From Octopus bimaculoides (taxonomy: Eukaryota), in NCBI RefSeq assembly GCF_001194135.2, contig NC_068998.1, forward strand, positions 7,232,076-7,296,075: a DNA stretch of 64,000 nucleotides, read 5' to 3'. Numbering within the stretch: position 1 is the first letter of the stretch; every line of letters starts with the position of its first letter. Of the stretch, positions 51,526 to 64,000 are shown one piece after another. Made by a program: the position numbers and the translations under genes. The notes under the pieces are model-generated. The model was not told the DNA's origin. It searched no databases and saw nothing but the letters and a program-made list of their open reading frames with translations.

Positions 51526-52571
51526 ATACTCCAATATTGGGGTCACTTCTTCGCTTTGTTTTTGTTTATCTACTTTCTCTCTTCTGGAAGAAACGGGCTG
51601 TGGTAAGACTGGAGTGGGGTAGATTCCTAAAAGAGTCCAAGTCTCCCACAATGAGTCGAGAGCCCAAGGATGTCTTTAGAGATATCAAGAACGAGGTCAG
51701 AAGCTACAATATGGTTCTGATGCTTGTAGGAGAACGAACTACGCTAAAGGCCCCCAAAGTAAAGAAAGAAGACCGCACCAAGTGTGTAATTAGACATGAA
51801 ACAGTTAAAGATTTTGTTATATCGTGGGTACACAAGTCCAGTGTAAAATGGTGTTACACAGATAAATAACTTATTGCAGAAATATATGTTAACACAGAAT
51901 GCGCTCCGTACCACTCGAACGTAGGTACGATATTCAGTATTCACAGTTCATCTATCAAGTGTTAAACCAACACACGTTGAACTAACACAGTTAACCAACA
52001 TGGTCGAACTAACACCGTCAAGTGCGTCCCTGACAGTTCACCCAGTTCTTATCTATTGTAATTGGTTAGTCCATGTTCAGTCGCGTGGGTATGTTCAGAT
52101 TTCTCCCATAACAGATTTGAACAAAACAAAAGCAACAAACTTGTGACGGTCATATTTTGCTTAACAAGAACTTGTGGATTGGCAGAAGCTATTCCAACAT
52201 GCAATGTGTGTTACATATAGAACATTCACGACAACGAAGATTTCTTATTCACAAAAGAGTCTCTCGTCAGTGCCATTTTCTCTTATTTATTTTTGCCTAT
52301 AACAGGAAAATGCTTATTAATTTACGACATAGTGCTAAGGAAAGAAACGGAAAAGTAGAAACCGTAATAAGATTTATTCTTTTCTCTTAACAAGAACTGA
52401 TGCATCATGGGTAGGAAAAACGTTGACAAGGTGGGAGTTCTTTTAGTTGTTGTTTAATGCTGGAAGTTTTGAGAAGAAAGAGAAACGAATAAATCAAAAT
52501 CCTTGACAATAATGGCGAGTTATTTTAATAAGCTGTCTGGTAAGCTAACGTCAGCAGCAAATAAATAGGGT

Positions 52572-52629
<58 letters not shown>

Positions 52630-52893
52630 GCTACTGCTGCTGCTGCTGCTGCTTCTGTCGCTGCCTCTGCTACTGCTGCTACGACTACTTCATTAATAAT
52701 CATCTAACTTGCCATCGTGAAAAAACTGTTAAATTATACCCCTTCCCGCATTTATTTTCAAACATACACGGGCGCGCGCACACACACACACACAACGTGC
52801 ATGCATGCAAGAAAACCGGTAAAATTTGAATTTAAAAAGAAAACAAAGTGCCAGACAAAATCTCAATCAGAAATGTAATCGAANNNNNNNNNN

Positions 52894-53035
52894 AAGGCAA
52901 AGTCGACTTCGGCGGTATTTGAACTCAGAACGTAAAGACGGACGAAATGCCGCTAAGCATTTTGTCTGGCGTGGTAACGATTCTGCCAGCTCGCCGCCTT
53001 AATAATAATAATAATAATAATGCCTCTCCCAAGGT

Positions 53036-53075
<40 letters not shown>

Positions 53076-53316
53076 TGATGATGATGATGATAATAATAAT
53101 AATAATCTTTTCTGCTTTGGGCACAAGGCCTGAAAATATTTGGGAGGCAGTAAATCGATTACATCGACTCCAGTACGCAACTGGTACTTTATGTATCGAC
53201 CCCGAAAGAATGAAATACAAAGTCGACCCCGGCGGAATTTGAACCCAGAACGTAGCGGTAGACGAAATACTGTTAAGCATTTTCGCCTAGCGTACTAACG
53301 TTTCTGCCAACTCACC
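52894..53316 (-). mobile_element. Two SINE family B copies embedded in (AAT)n (52894-53000, 53106-53316)
   Basis: Family B cores, separated and flanked by AAT runs. Confidence 0.85.
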
Positions 53317-54359
<1,043 letters not shown>

Positions 54360-55093
54360 CGCAGCGGCACAAATAAATCAGAAGATTTTGCTAAAACGTC
54401 TCCAAGTCTAGTTAGTTTGTTTTCGAACTAAATCATTTCTTGATGTCTAATTGTAAAACGCTGTAATTATTTCTTTTTATGGTATTTTGCTGCTTTGGTG
54501 TGTTTTGTCTTCTTTGTTATTTTTATGACATTTTTCTGATATCTGATATTGTTTTATTTATTTATTTATTTACCATGATTTTTTTTTTTAGTCTGATCGC
54601 TTTCTTTTTTTTTCCCTTCTGTCTTTTTCTATCTTGTTCTTTCTTTCGTTTTGTTTTTGATACTGGTTCTTCGATGCAAAGAAATAACCTAAGATTTCTT
54701 CGTTTTGACTTGTTATAGATGTTTTTTACTGTTTTATTTTTTCCGGCTTTCCAAAAACATACGGGCAATTAAGTTACAACTTATTTATTCATTGAATAGG
54801 ATTAGAATACTGTTATGTAGATTGTACCAACGCTGCTGGACGATTTTATAGCAATTACGCCTGAATGCTAAATTATTTCTCAGCTTCACTAATATTAACT
54901 ATGATACTATTCGTTAGTCCTGTCATTTATTTCAGCTATTCAGGGATTTAATCTGCGATTTATTTCAAAATTGCGAAGAGGTATTTTCTGATTCCTTGCT
55001 GTGTTTGAATTTCAAGTTGGAAACTACTTCATTGACATCACTGGGGAAAATAAATAAACGGTTTTGTATTTCTCCTATCAATATATTCGAAGA

Positions 55094-55496
55094 TACTCTC
55101 TTTACTCTCTTTTAATTGTTTCAGTCATTTGACTGCGGCCATGCTGGAGCACCGCCTTTAGTCGAGCAAATCAGCCCCAGGACTTTGGAAGCCTAGTACT
55201 TATTCTATCGGCCTCTTTTGCCGAACCGCTAAGTTACGGGGACGTAAACGCACCAGCATCGGTTCTCAAGCGATGCTGGGGGGACAAACACAGACACACA
55301 AACACCCACACACATATATATACATATATATACGACAGGCTTCTTTCAGTTTCCGTCTACCAAATCCACTCACAAGGCTTTGGTCGGCCCGAGGCTATAG
55401 TAGAAGACACTTGCCCAAGGTGCCACGCAGTGGGATTGAACCCGGAACCATGTGGTTGGTGGGCAAGCTACTCACCACACAGACACTCCTACACCT
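55094..55496 (-). mobile_element. SINE family A, full length
   Basis: (TACTCT)n tail, GGAGCACCGCCTTTAGTCG, central CA/TA spacer, and head ...GTGGGATTGAACCCGGAACCATGTGG...CACTCCT. Confidence 0.95.
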
Positions 55497-57028
55497 ACAT
55501 ATTTATGTTAGGAATTACAGATTTCATTTACTTTTCATACAAGTGAATGTATTGTAAATTCTGTCCTTATACGAAGACAGAAACTCAAGTGTGTCGAAAA
55601 TATAATTGACTGAACTTCAGTACACAATCAATATAGATTCTATATTCGACCTCTCTCTTTCATCGGACATGCTTTTTCGCAAGAATAATTTATATACATT
55701 GCTTCCCTCGAGTAAACAGCTATATCGTTTTCATTCTTTTGTATCTTATCGAAGACTGTACGAGAACCAGACCGGTCGTTATGCGAGAAGAATCCACAGC
55801 AAAAGTATGGATATCAGTTTCTTTGAGATCCATAGCTGATATCAGCAAATAAAAAGTTAGTAGAGGGTAGTTGTAAAACATGTGATGCAATGAAGATGGA
55901 GAAAATGAAGTTACGTGAGATAAATCTGTCAATTATGAGAGTTTAGTTGTTTCCTTCCTTCCTGAAGGATCGATAAGTGTCAGTTACACAATGGAGTTAA
56001 AACCATCGATAATAACAATCTACTGTTTCTAAAGGAATACGTGCTCATGTGCAGAATAAGTGGATAAGAAATATGAAAGACTTTTGGCGCAATGGTTTAG
56101 CTTGTGGTTTACATTAATGCCGACTCCATATATTCTGTTAGACAACCAGCTGAAAAAGACACAGAATCGACAAACTATGGTAGAAAGCTTTTCTTCCGTA
56201 GCTTCTGATTATATTATATTTTATTATATATATACATACATATATATATATATATATANNNNNNNNNNNNNNNNNNNNNNNNNNNNNNNNNNNNNNNNNN
56301 NNNNNNNNNNNNNNNNNNNNNNNNNNNNNNNNNNNNNNNNNNNNNNNNNNNNNNNNNNNNNNNNNNNNNNNNNNNNNNNNNNNNNNNNNNNNNNNNNNNN
56401 NNNNNNNNNNNNNNNNNNNNNNNNNNNNNNNNNNNNNNNNNNNNNNNNNNNNNNNNNNNNNNNNNNNNNNNNNNNNNNNNNNNNNNNNNNNNNNNNNNNN
56501 NNNNNNNNNNNNNNNNNNNNNNNNNNNNNNNNNNNNNNNNNNNNNNNNNNNNNNNNNNNNNNNNNNNNNNNNNNNNNNNNNNNNNNNNNNNNNNNNNNNN
56601 NNNNNNNNNNNNNNNNNNNNNNNNNNNNNNNNNNNNNNNNNNNNNNNNNNNNNNNNNNNNNNNNNNNNNNNNNNNNNNNNNNNNNNNNNNNNNNNNNNNN
56701 NNNNNNNNNNNNNNNNNNNNNNNNNNNNNNNNNNNNNNNNNNNNNNNNNNNNNNNNNNNNNNNNNNNNNNNNNNNNNNNNNNNNNNNNNNNNNNNNNNNN
56801 NNNNNNNNNNNNNNNNNNNNNNNNNNNNNNNNNNNNNNNNNNNNNNNNNNNNNNNNNNNNNNNNNNNNNNNNNNNNNNNNNNNNNNNNNNNNNNNNNNNN
56901 NNNNNNNNNNNNNNNNNNNNNNNNNNNNNNNNNNNNNNNNNNNNNNNNNNNNNNNNNNNNNNNNNNNNNNNNNNNNNNNNNNNNNNNNNNNNNNNNNNNN
57001 NNNNNNNNNNNNNNNNNNNNNNNNNNNN

Positions 57029-57074
57029 ATCCCCCACATCCGTTTATATATATATATAAACGGATGTGGGGGAT
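57029..57074. repeat. 46-bp perfect palindrome adjacent to a gap
   Basis: ATCCCCCACATCCGTTT-(AT)6-AAACGGATGTGGGGGAT is its own reverse complement. Confidence 0.9.
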
Positions 57075-58429
57075 GTGAAGGGATTGTCTAAATTGTGAAA
57101 TTTTATATTCAACTTCATATTTAATGGTGATTGACAATTTTTACTTGATAAAATTGCATCAAAAAGAATTTATAGCCTCCAATTCATTTCAATAAAATTT
57201 TGGAGGTAGTTGTGTTGCTGGCCATGGCGAACGTAGTGTCGGCATATCTGTATGCTTTGTTTTATTTTATTCCATTTTATTTTATTTTCCTCTAGTCTGT
57301 ATTTATAATCAACAGACGCACCGAGTCTTAATTGCTAACCGTTTTATTTTTCAGCTCTCCTCAGCATACACTTAGCACTTACTCAAAGTATATAACACAG
57401 ATCCTCATACATAAATGCTACGAAAAGTGTGAAGATACTTGCTGGAGGTGATGGTAGCGGTGGTGGTTTAGATTGAAGTGCCGTCAAAATACGCTAATGA
57501 GTAAATGACAAGAAGTAAATAGTTTGATTCATAATTAGGGTACCTACTTTACGTCTTCCTAAGTGGAAAATACGCATTCATATTTGCATACATACACATA
57601 TTAACTCACGCGTATGTAGATACATATATATGTGCACGTATGTGTATTTCTGTGTATATAGACGCATATATATATATATANNNNNNNNNNNNNNNNNNNN
57701 NNNNNNNNNNNNNNNNNNNNNNNNNNNNNNNNNNNNNNNNNNNNNNNNNNNNNNNNNNNNNNNNNNNNNNNNNNNNNNNNNNNNNNNNNNNNNNNNNNNN
57801 NNNNNNNNNNNNNNNNNNNNNNNNNNNNNNNNNNNNNNNNNNNNNNNNNNNNNNNNNNNNNNNNNNNNNNNNNNNNNNNNNNNNNNNNNNNNNNNNNNNN
57901 NNNNNNNNNNNNNNNNNNNNNNNNNNNNNNNNNNNNNNNNNNNNNNNNNNNNNNNNNNNNNNNNNNNNNNNNNNNNNNNNNNNNNNNNNNNNNNNNNNNN
58001 NNNNNNNNNNNNNNNNNNNNNNNNNNNNNNNNNNNNNNNNNNNNNNNNNNNNNNNNNNNNNNNNNNNNNNNNNNNNNNNNNNNNNNNNNNNNNNNNNNNN
58101 NNNNNNNNNNNNNNNNNNNNNNNNNNNNNNNNNNNNNNNNNNNNNNNNNNNNNNNNNNNNNNNNNNNNNNNNNNNNNNNNNNNNNNNNNNNNNTATCTTG
58201 GAGGAAAAAGACCCAATGTGTGGTCCTCCACAGCTCCCACGCTTCAAGGTGTAGCCGATACTGAAAGTGAGGAAGATAGTTTGACATATAAATAGAGAGA
58301 AAATGAGGGGGGGGGGAAGTGAGTGGGGGACAAAGTGATGGGAAGACTGAAAGAGAGAATCAGAGAGGAGGACAAAGAGAGGGAAATTCAGAGAGAAAAA
58401 TGGGGCTGGAGAGAGAGAGGAAGAAGAAG

Positions 58430-58520
58430 TGACTCTAGTATTCGACTGGTACTGTTTTATTGACCCGGAAGTATAAAATGCAATGTTGACCTCAGTGGGA
58501 TTTGAATTCCAAAATTGAAA
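58430..58520 (-). mobile_element. Old SINE family B fragment
   Basis: GACTGGTACTGTTTTATTGACCC...GTTGACCTCAGTGGGATTTGAATTC. Confidence 0.55.
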
Positions 58521-58984
58521 CCATTTCCGCATTTGTCCAGAGTCTGCCAATCAACTAACCGGTTGTCCCATTTTTCTAATTTTGTAAATTATTAATTGCT
58601 AAGGTCGTAATCCATTATCAAATATGTACGAAATCTGAAAGCTCTCGTCAGTTGATCAAAATAGGCTGAAGTAGTTTACAGAATGCTGATTAGACCCAAC
58701 CAAAGCAAAACATGTGCACAGCAGGTCTCTTGCCTACAAACAACGATCATACTTCCCCTTGACCATGTAAATTTTATGAAAGTAATTCTCAATTTCTTGA
58801 AATTCTCTCCCTTTCTTTTGGAGTCAGTAATATTGAAATTAACGACAGACGAATATTCGTAGGACTCAGTAATGTGTTCCCTGCTTTCTCTAAGTGTTTG
58901 GTATCTGTGTGCAGTTTTGAGCGGACACAACCCACCTCAAACTCTACCTTGCCTTTTGACCTAGCGGAATATCTAAATAGTAAT

Positions 58985-59163
58985 AGGTGGAAGGATATAG
59001 GGCTGCACCAGCACTTGGCTGGTATACATTTTCATCAGAGAAGACGGTAGCAATGTGAAGTAAAGAGTCTTGCTCAAAGTGACAATGTGTCCTTCAGTCC
59101 AGGAACCGAACCCAAGAACTTGCAATCGTGATGTCAGCATTTAAAGTAAATTAGGCCATGCAC
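58985..59163 (-). mobile_element. Old tRNA-SINE (C-like head, different body)
   Basis: GCTGGTATACATTTT...GAAGTAAAGAGTCTTGCTCAAAG...CCAGGAACCGAACCC...TAGGCCATGCAC. Confidence 0.6.
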
Positions 59164-60048
59164 TTTTGCGGCGGTAACAAATGCTGCTGTGTTTTACTTT
59201 TCTTTCTCCGATAAAAGAGGAATTTTAATGAGCAAGACGCATTTTGCATGCATCGTTTAATACATTAACCGTTAATTTATTTATCTAACTTCAGTCCCAT
59301 TGACCCACTTGAGTTATTTCCCTTTGAGCATTTTAATTTTAGCTATAAAATAAATTATACGACTTGATACCATAAATGCAACACGAGAGTGCGTGTGTGC
59401 ACGCCTCTATTAACACAATTGTTGTAGTTTTTACAACAGAAAATCACAGAAATATTCACTACTCTGTTGCATTACTTCCCATCTCATTTAGTTAATAGTC
59501 ACAAAATGCACAATTTTAATCAAGCCTGCTGAAAGCCGTTCGCCTTTCTTTGAAGAATACACTTCTAAATAATTGTTGTTCCCGAGTTTAATACATTTAA
59601 AATGTAGTACTCTCTATAATTAACTCTTACTCTGATTAATATCAAATAGGAAAAACGAACGGATTTGCAGGAGCTCTTTCACTTTAAGATTAAACACAGC
59701 ACTTTGATTTACTTTCTTAAAGTGGCATCGGAAACAATTCAAACGTTTCTTAATCGGTAACTGATAATTGCAAGAATCTGAAAGCGTTTGTCTTGGAATT
59801 CATATTATTAAGAGGAACATCATCTATTAGAGAAGCTAACAAAAGATTGAAAGCGGGGAAAGAAAACGAAAAATATAAACACCTCTACGCAAAAAGATAA
59901 GATTTTCCATTCGAAAATTATTACTACTCTGAACAATAATAGATGGAAACGTGCAAATGGAAATAATTTATAGTATAAGGGGTATAAGGGGGCTGAGTTT
60001 ACTATGCGTTTAAATTTCTGAATACAACTTGAATCATTAAAAGTATAA

Positions 60049-60088
60049 TCTATCTATCTATCTATCTATCTATCTATGTATCTATCTC

Positions 60089-60132
<44 letters not shown>
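60049..60132. repeat. (TATC)n microsatellite
   Basis: Directly visible. Confidence 0.95.
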
Positions 60133-60551
60133 CACCAAGAAAAATTATGGGAGTACCTAATCAATTCTTAACTTAATCTAACTAGTTAGACACAGCGTTA
60201 TATAGTAACGATAGGATTTACTCAATGAGAATAGACTTAGCTATCGATATTTCCAGTAAATTAATGTATTCTTTACAAGGCATTGTTTATTTCTAGGTCA
60301 ACTCCGCTAAAACCGAACCATGAGTAAGCATTTTATCTATGACTATCCAGCCTTTGTAGACGTTTATAGGAATTTATAGTTTCCACTTTTACTTCAGACC
60401 AAAACACGTGATTCGGGATGTGATTGACATTTATTAGCAGTTGAAAAGACAGCGTAAGTGGGTTACTTTTGCTGCTATCATTGTTGATCTTCAGGATCAT
60501 CTTCACCCAAATTGAGCGACCCACGAACATCTCGTCTGTTAAAGGTCATAT

Positions 60552-60829
60552 GTTGTTATTTGTTCCTTCTCGAGCCAAGCTTGGCTCAATAGGGCCGGTT
60601 TCCCGGTATCATTGACGTATAGGTTCCTCATCTAGACGGGACGCCGGCCCGTTACTCGACGCAAGAGGAAAGAGTGAGAGGAAGTTGTGGCGAAAGAGTC
60701 AGCAGAAGTTCGCCATTATCTTCTGCTGGAGCCGTGTGGCGCTTAGGTATTTCACTCATAAACGCACACATCGCCCGGTCTGAGATTCGAACCAGCGATC
60801 CCGCTAACCACCAGGCCATGTGCCTCCAC
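60552..60829 (-). mobile_element. SINE with a C-type head and an alternative 3' tail, 11-bp TSD
   Basis: AAAGGTCATAT (60541-60551) / AAAGGTTATAT (60830-60840). 60664-60829 aligns to family C; 60552-60660 does not. Confidence 0.85.
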
Positions 60830-61047
60830 AAAGGTTATATAGGACTACATTATCTAATGTTTCCGCTGATACGTGTAAGCTTAGCTATTTAGATTAAGTA
60901 TTCGGATTTGGACGGTCAAAGTTGCGATGTCGCTTTGGGGTCGTGCTTACCACGGCTAGAATGTTTATAACAGATACGGCGTCTGAGTCTCTTAAGCGAC
61001 GTTACAACTTCGTTGGCTGCGGAATTCGAACACTGTTTCATGTAAAC

Positions 61048-61467
61048 CAGTGTTTTCCAACATATTTTCCTCCAGGCCCCACTATAACTTTCCAGAAAAA
61101 TGTATACCCCACCAGTGGTTGGAAAATAAACAACTTTAATATTTTATCACAATTATTTGAATCTACTGGTAATTCTTTTAAGTACTGAGTGTTGACATCT
61201 CATAATTGCATACTTTCCTTAAAGGAATATCCACACTAAGGCATTCGAATAACACTATACTATAACAAACAGTCTTGATACAGTATACTTGGCTGGAGGG
61301 ATTGCTTTGGCTAGGCTGAATATAGATGTATTATGTTTGCTGTGATAAAAAAGATTTCCACAATTCCATGTCCTACTAACAAAAAAAGGAAATTTTGGAT
61401 CCTAAGCCCTACCACAATTTTCCCAGGCGCCACCGGTAGGGCGTATGCTCCAATTGGGTAATCACTG
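61048..61467. mobile_element. hAT (Charlie-like) MITE, 420 bp
   Basis: Ends CAGTGTTTTCCAAC / revcomp CAGTGATTACCCAA. 8-bp TSD ATGTAAAC (61040-61047) / CTGTAAAC (61468-61475). Confidence 0.75.
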
Positions 61468-62327
61468 CTGTAAACTTTAGAGTCATGCTAACCACTACAC
61501 CAAAGCGGCAGAATAAATTTGACCATCAAAATAAAAGAATATTCAACTTAATTTTTCATAATTACACCTGTCAGTGGCTTATCAATGGAGATTGAAATGC
61601 AGATAAAACCTGCGTGAAGGTTGAAATTGAAATAGATATAACTGGAAGACGAAACCACTTTATATCTGAACATGTCGACATATTGCATTTAATGCTCCGA
61701 AGCATTAACTAATAAATTTGTATTTTCATCTTCACTACGCATACTTATTTGCGACATGGTATTATTATCAGCCTGTTTGTTCCTTTGGTCTGGAAGGCAA
61801 CAACCGGAATCGTCTAATTGTGGATGCAAAATGCAGATATCGCAGTTTTTGATAAAGTAAAATTAAATTATTTTGACACAATTTTAATAATCTAAAATTT
61901 ATTATAGAACTTTACGAAGCTAAATGCAATAATTTTAATTGGATGAATTATACAGCCCATATCAATATCGATTAAATAATATAAATGAATAACTGCATAA
62001 TTGTTATGATTGGAATTTCACAGAGAGCTAGCAAAATTTGCCGTAAGGACCAAACTAGCACCGAAGTTTATCTGTTCTGCGAGAACATTGTGATGTAACT
62101 CCTTCAGACTCGATACAAGTTTTAATTACATTAAATATAATTCCAATATGTTATTTAGGCTATTCTACTTTCATATAATAATACAACAGATGTGCCGTGG
62201 ATATCGTTCGTAACTTAGATCGTGCGGTGATATCCGACTGTATATTGTCTAAGACAATATGATAATATGATTATAAATCTATTTACGTCATTTCAGATCA
62301 TTCATATTGATTACACACATCCATAAC

Positions 62328-62756
62328 ATCGGTTTCAAATTATGGCACAGCGCAAGCAGTGTCGGGGGAAGGGGAGTAGTCGATTTCATTGACCTCAGTG
62401 CTTCGTTGGTACTTATTTAATCGACCCTGAAAAGATGAAAGGCAAAGTCAACTCCGACGGCATTTGATCTCAGAATGTGAAATCGCAAGAAACGCTGCTA
62501 TGTAGTTTTCCTGTCGCAGCAGCGATTCTGTCAGCTCACCGCCTTACACACATTTATAATATTGATTTCAAATTTTGGTGCATGTCCAGCAATTTCGGAG
62601 TGGGGGTGAATCGATCGTACCGAACCCTGCACTCATCTGGTACTTATTTTATCGATCTCGAAGTGATGTAAGTCAGAGTCGACCTCGGCAGAATTTGAAC
62701 TCAGAACGTGAAGTAGCACGAAGTATCACTAAACCTTTTGTACAGCTCACAGCCTT
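62328..62756 (-). mobile_element. Two tandem old SINE family B copies (62328-62545, 62561-62756)
   Basis: Each has GGTACTTATTT..ATCGA, AAAGTC(A/G)AC..CGG and an end CAGCTCAC(C/A)GCCTT. Confidence 0.8.
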
Positions 62757-63064
62757 ACGCAAAAGCCATCGTTATCGGCTTTACCTATTATACATCCACG
62801 GGCGATAAGATAAATGCTAGTTATGCACTGGCGCCATCGACTGTCCTATCTCCTCAAGCGTATTGTATGAGGAATCCGTACTTTTACTAGAGTGAATATA
62901 TATACGAAGAAAGCATAGAATCAAATATATAAACTTAGTGAAACTTCAATGTACATTAAATTTTCGACGTTGCTGTTGTTTAACTTCATATCAGCCCTGA
63001 ATAAAAAGTCCTATGATTAAAAGCCACACCGAAATGACAATCTCGTCATATTTGAAAGCGTACA

Positions 63065-63200
63065 CAAGACTGTTGTCTTTCAAATATGGCAGCGTGTGAT
63101 TTGAGGTGATCTGGTGGCTATTTCCTGCAAGTCATTTCGACTTCATGGACGACTTCACATCGGTTCATTTGGATGTAAATGAGCACCATGACCAGGTACA
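63065..63200 (-). mobile_element. Old SINE remnant (related to 26620-26710)
   Basis: GTGTGATTTGAGGTGATCTGGTGGCTATTTCC resembles the reverse complement of GGTAGAAATACCAGCCAAATATATCTCAAATGACA at about 26660-26695. Confidence 0.4.
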
Positions 63201-64000
63201 GCGTTTACCCTAAGCAGTAACAAGCCTGTATAATTAACGATTAATTTGTTAGCTGTCATCTTTGAGTTTCAATACGTTACTGAACAATAGAGTGTAATAA
63301 ACACACTCAAGATGCAGCATTGTCTCGCAAATTAGGCGCGCAAATTCTGCACCAGTTTCTCTCTTCTAATTCCTTCCTATAACTGAATTGACGATAAGTT
63401 GTGAGAAAGTTTACTTGATATATTATTTATGATCTAATTTGTTTAGAATTCTTCGAAAAAATGTTAACTTCCTAGGCGTGTTCTAAGATTGGTCTGCTAG
63501 TATATTATTTTTCTATCGTCTAAAGCCTGATTCTTGCATTCAAACAGTCGGAGCGCATTAAGGTTTTTCTTCAATATCGTCTTCATGAATAGATGCATGA
63601 TCCAAATAATGTTGAGTGACAGTTATTTCCCAGTAATACATTCTTTATCTTTTAATTACCAGCATACTAAGCGTTGTAGCGTTAACAAAGATAAGGCATT
63701 AGGATTCGTTTATATCATATTGCAAGCAATAACATACTTTAATTCCCTCCAAGCCATATTTTCACTGCAGTTAAGCATCGTAAGGTCAACATAGAATTAT
63801 TTTGCAAGAATATTAAAAGAAATTGCAGGCGAAGAGTGAAGTATCTCAACGGTTCAGTGTGTCCGTTCTTTAGTTAACAGAATTCTTCTTCTTCGACATC
63901 TACATACGTTTCCACAAAGTGTATTATACAGCGTAAAATATATTGTCGCTCAACACTGGCAATTCTATTTTCTCCATTGAATGAACAGAAGCTTACGTGA

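Overview
AT-rich, repeat-saturated eukaryotic scaffold with many N gaps. The repeat families match those I recognise from Octopus-type (coleoid cephalopod) genomes; this assignment is inferred from repeat content only. No intact, recognisable protein-coding gene is present, and almost all ORFs in the track are microsatellite or N-gap artefacts. Contents: (1) many tRNA-derived SINE copies of three main families, labelled here A (head GGCGCAGGAGTGGCTGTGTGG), B (head AAGGCGGCGAGCTGGCAGA) and C (head GTGGAGGCGCAATGG); (2) decayed Tc1/mariner transposases (DD34D, DD37D/maT-like, WPPRxPDL-type) and MITEs; (3) a decayed hAT-like transposase embedded between two parts of a maT element; (4) an L1/Tx1-type RT fragment, CR1-like traces and a Helentron-like end; (5) compound microsatellites. 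The most notable observation is a composite retroposon at 40172-40567: SINE-B head, then a complete 5S rRNA, then a full SINE-B, all inside one 18-bp target-site duplication (TSD) and joined at a GCTTA microhomology. It may represent a template-switch chimera or a nascent 5S-containing SINE. A few phase-compatible exon candidates exist but none is recognisable.
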